Part shown: piece by piece, positions 20,820 through 30,879 of the stretch
How the letters are laid out: each line of letters opens with the position of its first letter
Numbering within the stretch: position 1 is the first letter of the stretch
Assembly: GCA_965369885.1 (NCBI GenBank)
Contig: CBDUSV010000003.1
Coordinates: forward strand, 1-33,426
Length of the DNA: 33,426 bases
DNA from: an uncultured bacterium
GTDB taxonomy: Bacteria; Pseudomonadota; Alphaproteobacteria; SMXQ01
Direction of reading: 5' to 3'
Position numbers and translations under genes: made by a program
The notes under the pieces: model-generated
Seen by the model: the letters and a program-made list of their open reading frames with translations, nothing else
Database searches by the model: none
What the model was told of the DNA's origin: nothing

Positions 20820-20852
20820 CTGCGGCATTTGCCTGACAATAAATTGCCGCAG
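20820..20852. repeat. Inverted repeat in the ftsB-PFOR spacer (terminator or regulator site)
   Basis: CTGCGGCA (20820-20827) and TGCCGCAG (20845-20852) form a perfect 8-bp inverted repeat with a 17-nt AT-rich spacer. Confidence 0.5.
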
Positions 20853-20885
20853 CAACGGCCGCCAATACCCCAATCACCGCATATT

Positions 20886-21203
20886 CTATGGGGTCTTTTT
20901 GAAGATGACGACGTCGTCGGGATGGGCATAACCCAACGTGACCCGTACCCGTTCATCCAACAGGTCGAGATCCAGTTTCCCGGCGCCGAGAGAGTTGGTG
21001 CGGCGTTCCAGGACGATGCGCTCGGCGGAGATTGTTTTTGCCGTCACCACCGCTTCCTCGACCTGCTGGCTCAGCCACAGCCAGGCGATGATGCCACGGT
21101 CTCCCTGGATGGCGTGATAGGCAAAATAGAGAAAGATACTCGCCCCCAACACGGGCGCGGCAATGTGCCGGGCGCGCTTGCGGACTTCATGGAGCAACAA
21201 CAT
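20886..21203 (-). CDS. ftsB: Septum formation initiator FtsB/DivIC
   Basis: Single TM helix, YFAYHAIQGDRG, coiled coil, LDLDLLDERVR..LGYAHPDDVVI. Conserved eno-ftsB order. Confidence 0.9.
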   Translation of the reverse strand: MLLLHEVRKRARHIAAPVLGASIFLYFAYHAIQGDRGIIAWLWLSQQVEEAVVTAKTISAERIVLERRTNSLGAGKLDLDLLDERVRVTLGYAHPDDVVIFKKTP

Positions 21204-21210
21204 GGGCGGA

Positions 21211-21239
21211 TGGAATCACACCTGATTCGTGGGCGTCAA
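21211..21239 (-). promoter_or_regulatory. Candidate leaderless ftsB promoter with two GANTC sites
   Basis: Minus strand TTGACG (-35, 21239-21234), then GAATCA-N4-TGATTC palindrome (21213-21228), with the ATG about 10 nt further on and no Shine-Dalgarno. Confidence 0.5.
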
Positions 21240-21299
21240 CAAAAAAATTTTATGAAATCATGAATTTATTGTCAGTCCCGGATGCGGTCGGCCGCTTTT

Positions 21300-22715
<1,416 letters not shown>

Positions 22716-23135
22716 TCAGAATCGCCACTTGCCGTCGAGCAGGCCATCGATGACCTTTTGGAACTCGGTCCAGTGGGCGGCGCGGGTCTTCTCGCAGGCC
22801 CCGGGAACGTGACGCTTCGCCGCCTCGGTGGCGGTGCGGCGGATGGTTCCCTCGAACAGGGCCAGGGCCTTGGCGCGGTCGCCGCCGGCCGCCTTGGTGA
22901 TACGGGCCCGGTAATGGGCGCGGATGGCCAAGGTGTCGGCCTTGCAGTTCTCCATCATGCCGATATAGACACCGGCGGCGGAAGCCACTTTCAAGGCATT
23001 ATTGGCGGGCATGGGGTCATCGGCGGGCGTCTTGGTGGTCTGGCCCGCCACCGGCCAGACAAACGCCAGGGCCAAAACCCCTGTCAAAACCCAGGCCAAA
23101 ACAATGTACGCCCTGTTTCTGGGCGCCGTATTCAC
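22716..23135 (-). CDS. Hypothetical exported protein (signal peptide, two Cys)
   Basis: 139 aa. The GTG start overlaps the kdsA TGA. Basic n-region, hydrophobic h-region and VAG cleavage-like site; helical-looking mature part; fills the kdsA-eno gap. Confidence 0.7.
   Translation of the reverse strand: MNTAPRNRAYIVLAWVLTGVLALAFVWPVAGQTTKTPADDPMPANNALKVASAAGVYIGMMENCKADTLAIRAHYRARITKAAGGDRAKALALFEGTIRRTATEAAKRHVPGACEKTRAAHWTEFQKVIDGLLDGKWRF
23067..23102. repeat. Imperfect 12-bp tandem repeat x3 in the signal peptide of the orphan gene
   Basis: cagggccaaaac / ccctgtcaaaac / ccaggccaaaac, encoding VLAW-VLTG-VLAL on the minus strand. Confidence 0.65.
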
Positions 23136-23977
23136 AATACCGGGCGTGCCTTGGCCAGCCGGTCGAATTCGATCAAGTCGCCGACAATGGCGGGCAGGTT
23201 CTTGAGGGCGATCATGTTGGGGCCGTCGGAGGGCGCATGGTCCGGGTCCTGATGGGTCTCCAGGAACACCGCGGCGACGCCGACCGCGACCGCGGCGCGC
23301 GCCAGCACCGGCACATATTCACGCTCGCCGCCGGAAGAGGTGCCCTGGCCTCCCGGCTGCTGTACCGAATGGGTGGCGTCGAACACCACCGGGTGCCCGG
23401 TGGCGCGCAACACCGGCAAGGCGCGGAAATCTGATATCAGGGTGTTGTAGCCGAAGCTGGTGCCGCGTTCACACAGCAACACCCGATCATTGCCGGTCGC
23501 GGTGATCTTGGCGGCGACATTGGCCATGTCCCGGGGCGCGAGGAACTGGCCCTTCTTGATATGGATGGCCCGGCCGGTTTCCCCGGCGGCGGTCAGAAGA
23601 TCGGTCTGGCGGCACAGGAACGCCGGGATCTGGAGCACATCGACGGCGATAGCGGCCTCGGCGCATTGCTCGGCGGTGTGCACGTCGGTCAGGGTGGGAC
23701 AGCCATGGGTCTCGCGAATTTCCTCGAAAATGGGCAGCGAGTCCTCGAGGCCAATGCCGCGCGGGGTTTCATGGGAGGTGCGGTTGGCCTTGTCGAATGA
23801 GGTCTTGTAGACCAGCCCGATACCCAGATCCTTGGCCATCTCGACAAGCGCCGACGCCATCTCCAGGGCATGGGCCCGGCTTTCCATCTGGCACGGCCCG
23901 GCGATCAGTACCAGGGGCAAATCATTGCCGAAGGTGACATCGCCGACGGCAACGTGATGGCAAGTCGGTGCGGTCAT
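23132..23977 (-). CDS. kdsA: KDO 8-phosphate synthase
   Basis: IAGPC, KTSFDKANRTS, TDVH, QIPAFLCRQTD, KKGQF, ERGTSFGY, DATHSVQ, ETH.DPD.APSDG. Confidence 0.98.
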   Translation of the reverse strand: MTAPTCHHVAVGDVTFGNDLPLVLIAGPCQMESRAHALEMASALVEMAKDLGIGLVYKTSFDKANRTSHETPRGIGLEDSLPIFEEIRETHGCPTLTDVHTAEQCAEAAIAVDVLQIPAFLCRQTDLLTAAGETGRAIHIKKGQFLAPRDMANVAAKITATGNDRVLLCERGTSFGYNTLISDFRALPVLRATGHPVVFDATHSVQQPGGQGTSSGGEREYVPVLARAAVAVGVAAVFLETHQDPDHAPSDGPNMIALKNLPAIVGDLIEFDRLAKARPVL

Positions 23978-23991
23978 GCCACCGTCTCCGA

Positions 23992-25653
<1,662 letters not shown>

Positions 25654-25675
25654 TCAGCAAAAATACCCGCCCCCA

Positions 25676-26008
25676 TCAACGCGCCAACGGCGCCGCGGGT
25701 TCGCCCGGTTTGGCCGGGGCCTCGATAGGCGCCGGCGTGGCACCCTGGTCGATGATCGAACGTGGCTTGGTGGTGCCGCTCGCCATGATGGCCAGGGTCA
25801 GGCTGGTCACCATGAACAAGCCGGCGATGCAGCCCGTGACCCTGGTGAGAAAATTCGCGCTGCCACGGCTGGTCATCAGCCCGCCCATGCCGCCGCCGCC
25901 GCTGCCGCCGCCGATGCCCAAGGCCCCGCCCTCGCTGCGTTGCAGCAGAACAGAGATCACGAGACCGATGGCAAGGAACAAATGGATAAGAAGAACTATG
26001 GTTTGCAT
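25676..26008 (-). CDS. secG: Preprotein translocase subunit SecG
   Basis: Two TM helices flanking VLLQRSEGGALG..RGSANFLTRVT. tpiA-secG-pyrG order. Confidence 0.95.
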   Translation of the reverse strand: MQTIVLLIHLFLAIGLVISVLLQRSEGGALGIGGGSGGGGMGGLMTSRGSANFLTRVTGCIAGLFMVTSLTLAIMASGTTKPRSIIDQGATPAPIEAPAKPGEPAAPLAR

Positions 26009-26087
26009 GCGCTAACTTCTGGGGCCGTGGCGTGGTGCCCGGCGGTGAAAATTGCTACAGACTTGTACCCTCATCTAAATCATTCCG

Positions 26088-26843
26088 CTAGCGGCAACTT
26101 TCGCAAATCGTCCAAAAATCGTCCGCTTTGAGGCTGGCGCCGCCGACCAGGGCGCCGCCCACCTGGTTAACTTTAAGAATGTCCCGGGCATTGGCCGGAT
26201 TGACCGAGCCGCCATAGAGAATGGGGATATCCGCGCCGCCGGGGAAGCCATCGCCTAGGGTCTTTCTTATATGGGCATGGGCCTCGCTGATTTCATCAAT
26301 GCTGGGGGTGCGGCCGGTGCCGATGGCCCATACCGGCTCGTAGGCGACAACGCTATCGGCGGCGGTGGCGGTTTCCGGCACCGAGCCCTGCAATTGACCC
26401 TCAAGCACATCCAGGGTCTGGCCGCCGTCGCGCTCATCCCCGGTCTCGCCGATGCAGATGATGGCCTTGAGCCCGGCGCCATGGGCGGCCACGGCCTTGG
26501 CCCGCACCAGGCTGTCGCCTTCGCCGTGGTTGGTGCGCCGTTCCGAATGGCCGACGATGGCATAGCTGGCGCCGGCGTCGCGCAGCATGGTGGCGCTGAC
26601 ATCGCCGGTGTGGGCGCCATGGGGTTCGGGGTGGCAGTCCTGGCCGCCAATGGCGATCGGGGTCCCCGCCAGAATCCGCGCCACGGGCCAAATCAACGGC
26701 GCGGGAGGACAAACCAAGAGATCACAAGGCATTTCCGGGGTACCGGCCCGCTTGGCAAGGGCTTCGGCAAGGGCGATGCCTTGGCCGTCCTGGCCGTTCA
26801 TTTTCCAGTTTCCGGCGATGAGCGGCCGGGTTAGCGGGCTCAT
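26088..26843 (-). CDS. tpiA: Triosephosphate isomerase
   Basis: AGNWKMNG, GAHTGD, GHSERR, AYEPVWAIGTG, LYGGSV, LVGGASL. Confidence 0.98.
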   Translation of the reverse strand: MSPLTRPLIAGNWKMNGQDGQGIALAEALAKRAGTPEMPCDLLVCPPAPLIWPVARILAGTPIAIGGQDCHPEPHGAHTGDVSATMLRDAGASYAIVGHSERRTNHGEGDSLVRAKAVAAHGAGLKAIICIGETGDERDGGQTLDVLEGQLQGSVPETATAADSVVAYEPVWAIGTGRTPSIDEISEAHAHIRKTLGDGFPGGADIPILYGGSVNPANARDILKVNQVGGALVGGASLKADDFWTICESCR

Positions 26844-26972
26844 GATGATCGTTTGTACCTGTTAATCATTGTTGGCCGGGGTATCGGAGAACGCCGGGCC
26901 TATGTATCATAAGGTTAATTTCATTGCCAGCGGGGCAATACCGGTAAATCCCCCTGCCCCGGCCACGGCGAT

Positions 26973-27003
26973 CATTTCCGGTTGTCAGGGGCATTTCCGG
27001 TTG
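26973..27003. repeat. 12-bp perfect direct repeat in the divergent tpiA/ppiD promoter region
   Basis: CATTTCCGGTTG at 26973-26984 and 26992-27003 (19-bp period). Confidence 0.6.
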
Positions 27004-27094
27004 CAGCGAGACCGGACCGATTTTATGATGCCGCGCTTCCGGGGTATGATACCACCGGTCCTGTTTCAACCATTTGGTCAACAGACTTAGCGTG

Positions 27095-28987
27095 ATGCTT
27101 CAAGCTCTCCGCCAAAAAGCCAGTTCCTGGGTGGTCAAGATTCTACTCGGGCTCTTGATCGCCAGCTTCGCGATCTGGGGAATCAATGACATTTTCCTGG
27201 GCGAACGCGATCCCACGGTGGCCAAGGTCGGCAGCATCAAGATCGTCAGTTCCCAATTGAACGAATTATTTCGTGACGAGATGACCCGCATGGCGCCTAT
27301 GTTCGGCGGTCGGCTCAACCGTGAGATGGCCCGGCAAATAGGTCTCCTCGACCGGGCGCTCTACGGGCTCATCGATCGCGCCGTCTACAGCCTTGGCAGC
27401 GCCGATCTCGGCATTGCCGTCAGTGACAAGTTGATCCGCCAGGAAATCCACCAGGAGTCCTCGTTCCGCAACCGCCGCGGTGAATTCGACCCGACGATCT
27501 TCAGGCAGGTGATCAGATCCAACGACATGAACGAAGAAGGTTATGTCAACACCCTACGCCAGGGCTTGGCGCGGACCTACCTGACCGCGGCGATCACGGC
27601 CCATGCCGGGGTGCCGTCCCGGATGCTGAATCAGCTTTACAACTTCCGCAACGAACGGCGCTCGGCGGAATATGTCAAGGTGGCCAACGCCTCGGTGACC
27701 GGCATCACTGCGCCCGACGAGGCCGCTATTGCCGCATTCCACAAAAGCCATTCCGCCAACTTCATGGCCCCGGAATTCCGCTCCGTGAGCTTCGTCAATC
27801 TCGATCCCAATATCCTTGCCGAAGACGTCGAGATTTCCGATGACAAGCTGCGCAAGGAATATGAGGATAGAATAGGCGAGTTCACCATCCGCGGCCGCCG
27901 CAAGGTTGAACAGATCGTGTTCAAGACAGAGGCGACGGCGAAGCGCGCCAGCGATCTTCTGCGCGAAGGCGCGAAGTTCGCCGCCGTGGGCGCGAGCGTG
28001 GGCGAAAAATCGGCGGCGGTGGTATCCCTAGGCTGGCAAATCCAGGCCGAGATGGTCCCGGAAACCGCCAAACCCACCTTCGCCCTGGCCAATGGCGGCA
28101 TCACCAAGCCGATCAAAAGCCCTCTCGGCTGGCATCTGGTGCGGGTGTCGGGGTCGAAAAAGGGACGGGTCAAAAGCTTCGATGAGGTGCGGGCGCAATT
28201 GAAGAAGTCCATCGCCGTGGAGTCCGCGACCGAAGCTATTTATCGCCTCGCCAACCGCTTCGAGGATGCCCTTGCCGGCGGCTCGAGCATCGAGGAGGCG
28301 GCTGGCCGGCACAGCCTCAAGGCGGTCAAGATTGACGCCGTCGACGCCCGGGGACGGGGTCGGTCGGGGGTCAAGGTCAAGGGGCTGCCTAGTGGCGACG
28401 GATTCCTCAGGACAATGATGTCGACGCCGGAATTGCAGGAAAGCCAACTGACCGAGAGCACCGAAGGCGGCTATTTCCTGCTCCGGGTCAACAAGATCAT
28501 CCCACCCGAATTGAAACCCCTGACCGAGGTGCGCAATCAGGTCATCAAGGCCTGGCAGCAGGACCGCCGCGCCCAGGTGGCTTCGAAGCGGGCCCAGGCG
28601 ATTCTTGACCGCATCAAGGGAGGCGAGAACCTGGAAGTCGTCGCCAAGGCCGAGAAGCTTGCCCTCAAAAAGGTGCCCTCCTTCACGCGGAACGGCGGCG
28701 GCGCCACCACCAATGGCCTGACCCCTGCCCTTGTCGCCAAGCTGTTTTCCCTCAAGCCGGGCGAGGCCGGCCTGGCCCCAACCGGTGACGGTTTCGTGGT
28801 CGCCGTGCTCAAGGACATCAAGAGAGCGGACGCCAGCGCCAAAAAAGCCAAGGACGAGTTGCGCAAAGCGCTCGAGAACGGTCTCGCCGCCGATCTGTTG
28901 GGCCAGTTTACCGGCGCGCTCCGGGAGCAATTCGGGGTCGAGATCAACCAAAAGACCATCGAAGCACGGCTTCTGGCCGATCGTTAA
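27095..28987 (+). CDS. ppiD: PpiD/SurA-family membrane-anchored periplasmic chaperone (parvulin PPIase domain)
   Basis: MLQALR..SSWVVKILLGLLIASFAIWGI N-terminal anchor, VAKVG, SurA-N-like region, rotamase-like PIKSPLGWHLV. Divergent from tpiA and upstream of trpE, as usual in alphaproteobacteria. Confidence 0.9.
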   Translation: MLQALRQKASSWVVKILLGLLIASFAIWGINDIFLGERDPTVAKVGSIKIVSSQLNELFRDEMTRMAPMFGGRLNREMARQIGLLDRALYGLIDRAVYSLGSADLGIAVSDKLIRQEIHQESSFRNRRGEFDPTIFRQVIRSNDMNEEGYVNTLRQGLARTYLTAAITAHAGVPSRMLNQLYNFRNERRSAEYVKVANASVTGITAPDEAAIAAFHKSHSANFMAPEFRSVSFVNLDPNILAEDVEISDDKLRKEYEDRIGEFTIRGRRKVEQIVFKTEATAKRASDLLREGAKFAAVGASVGEKSAAVVSLGWQIQAEMVPETAKPTFALANGGITKPIKSPLGWHLVRVSGSKKGRVKSFDEVRAQLKKSIAVESATEAIYRLANRFEDALAGGSSIEEAAGRHSLKAVKIDAVDARGRGRSGVKVKGLPSGDGFLRTMMSTPELQESQLTESTEGGYFLLRVNKIIPPELKPLTEVRNQVIKAWQQDRRAQVASKRAQAILDRIKGGENLEVVAKAEKLALKKVPSFTRNGGGATTNGLTPALVAKLFSLKPGEAGLAPTGDGFVVAVLKDIKRADASAKKAKDELRKALENGLAADLLGQFTGALREQFGVEINQKTIEARLLADR

Positions 28988-28989
28988 TC

Positions 28990-30495
28990 ATGGAAAGCCT
29001 GCCCGACTTTTCGTCCTTTTCCCGGGCGTATGAGGCAGGCACGGCACAGATCGTCTGGACCCGGCTGGTCGCCGATCTGGAAACCCCGGTTTCGGCCATG
29101 GTCAAGCTGGGCCATGGCATCGACAATATCTTCCTGTTCGAATCCGTCGAAGGTGGCGCCGTGCGTGGACGCTATTCCTTCATCGGCCTCAAACCCGATC
29201 TGATCTGGCGCTGTCACGCCGGCAAGGCCGAGATCAACCGCAATCCCGAGCAAGACGCCGACGCCTTCGAGCCTACGCCCGAGGGCGTGCTGGAGTCCCT
29301 GGGCGGGTTGATCGAGGAAACCCGCATCGATACCCCTTCGGGCCTGCCACCCATGGCGGCGGGGTTGTTCGGCTATATGGGCTACGACATGGTTCGCCTG
29401 ATGGAGCGCCTGCCCGACGACAACCCGGATGATCTCGCCATCCCCGACGGTATCATGCTGCGGCCCTCGGTGATCTGCATCTTCGACAATATCGAGGACG
29501 TGGTGATCATCGTCACACCGGTCAGGCCCGCCAATGGCATCGATGCCGAGAGCGCCCATGACCAGGCCCGGATGAGGCTTCAAGCCATCCTGGACGTGCT
29601 GGCGGGCCCGCTTCCCAGCCAGACCGGGTCCGCCACCGTTGATGGCGCCGTGGAGGTCACATCCAACACCAGCCGCGCCCAGTACCACGGCATGGTGGAG
29701 GCTGCGAAGGCCTATATCCGTGCCGGCGATGTCCTCCAGGTGGTGCCGTCGCAGCGCTTCGCGGTGCCTTTCCCCCTGACGCCCTTCGCCCTCTACCGCT
29801 CATTGCGCCGCCTCAACCCGTCGCCGTTTCTGTTCTGTCTCGATTTCGGCGGCTTCTCGGTGGTGGGATCGAGCCCCGAGATCCTGGTGCGGCTGCGCGA
29901 CGGCGCCGTCACCATCCGCCCCATCGCCGGCACAAGGCGCCGGGGCGCCGATGCCGCCGAGGACAAGCTTCTGGCCGACGATCTGTTGTCGGACCCCAAG
30001 GAACTGGCCGAGCATCTGATGCTGTTGGATCTTGGCCGCAACGATGTCGGCCGGGTCGCCAAGACCGGCACCGTCAAGGTCACCGAGCAAATGGTGATCG
30101 AATACTATTCCCACGTCATGCATATCGTCTCCAACGTGGAAGGTGAGATCAAAGACCAGCTCGGCGCCCTTGAGGCCCTGGTGGCGGGCTTCCCGGCGGG
30201 CACGGTTTCCGGCGCGCCCAAGGTCAGGGCGATGGAGATCATCGACGAGCTGGAGCATTCCCGGCGCGGCATCTATGGCGGCTGCATCGGCTATTTCGCC
30301 GCCAATGGCGGGTTGGACACCTGCATCGCGCTGCGCACCGCCCTGGTCAAGGACGGAACCATGTATGTCCAGGCCGGCGGCGGCATCGTCGCCGATTCCG
30401 ACCCGGAGGCCGAATATCAGGAAAGCCGCAACAAGGCCCAGGCCCTGATCAGCGCCGCCGAACAGGCGATGGAAACCGCCAAAGGTGCCGGCTAA
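28990..30495 (+). CDS. trpE: Anthranilate synthase component I
   Basis: DLETPVSA, LFESVEGG..RGRYS, QVVPSQR, NPSPF, GSSPE, PIAGT, KELAEHLMLLDLGRND, YSHVMH, PAGTVSGAPK, QAGGGIVADS. No fused TrpG. Confidence 0.96.
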   Translation: MESLPDFSSFSRAYEAGTAQIVWTRLVADLETPVSAMVKLGHGIDNIFLFESVEGGAVRGRYSFIGLKPDLIWRCHAGKAEINRNPEQDADAFEPTPEGVLESLGGLIEETRIDTPSGLPPMAAGLFGYMGYDMVRLMERLPDDNPDDLAIPDGIMLRPSVICIFDNIEDVVIIVTPVRPANGIDAESAHDQARMRLQAILDVLAGPLPSQTGSATVDGAVEVTSNTSRAQYHGMVEAAKAYIRAGDVLQVVPSQRFAVPFPLTPFALYRSLRRLNPSPFLFCLDFGGFSVVGSSPEILVRLRDGAVTIRPIAGTRRRGADAAEDKLLADDLLSDPKELAEHLMLLDLGRNDVGRVAKTGTVKVTEQMVIEYYSHVMHIVSNVEGEIKDQLGALEALVAGFPAGTVSGAPKVRAMEIIDELEHSRRGIYGGCIGYFAANGGLDTCIALRTALVKDGTMYVQAGGGIVADSDPEAEYQESRNKAQALISAAEQAMETAKGAG

Positions 30496-30513
30496 TGGGG
30501 TAAGCTAGACGCC

Positions 30514-30768
30514 ATGATGAAACCGATCCCCGTGAAGCTTGACGATATCTACGTCCCCGCCAAGCACCGGGCCACCCTGGAGCCGGAAAAGGTCGAGACC
30601 CTGGCCGAGAGCATCCTGGAAGAAGGACTGCAAAACCCCATTCAGGTGCGCGAGGACCCGGGCAAGGAGCGTTATGTGCTGGTCACCGGCCTTCACCGCC
30701 TGGAAGCCGCGCGCACCTTGGGCGAGACAACCATCGAAGCCCTGGTGGTCGCCGCGCGCCAGCATTGA
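30514..30768 (+). CDS. Small stand-alone ParB/Sulfiredoxin N-terminal domain protein
   Basis: 84 aa with [17 protein letters not shown]...[17 protein letters not shown], the ParB/Srx core. No HTH or dimerisation domain. Confidence 0.85.
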   Translation: MMKPIPVKLDDIYVPAKHRATLEPEKVETLAESILEEGLQNPIQVREDPGKERYVLVTGLHRLEAARTLGETTIEALVVAARQH

Positions 30769-30879
30769 CGAAAACGGCGGCGGTAAGGCTTCGTTAAATT
30801 TTCGATGTCTTTGCTGGTCTTGGCGCTGTTAATCCCTATATAGATCGGCCATCGCCCCTCCTTGGCCAAAGGACTGAAG

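Noticed and set aside
20524-20885. Possible pdhA remnant, sRNA or TPP riboswitch in the ftsB-PFOR spacer
   Set aside because: I could not see coding similarity to PdhA or the conserved TPP aptamer motifs. An Rfam/tBLASTn search would be needed to exclude them fully.
30811-30841. Possible RpoH/RpoD promoter for typA (CCTATAT -10 element at 30835-30841)
   Set aside because: The -10 element is good, but I found no convincing -35 at the proper spacing, so the sigma factor cannot be assigned.
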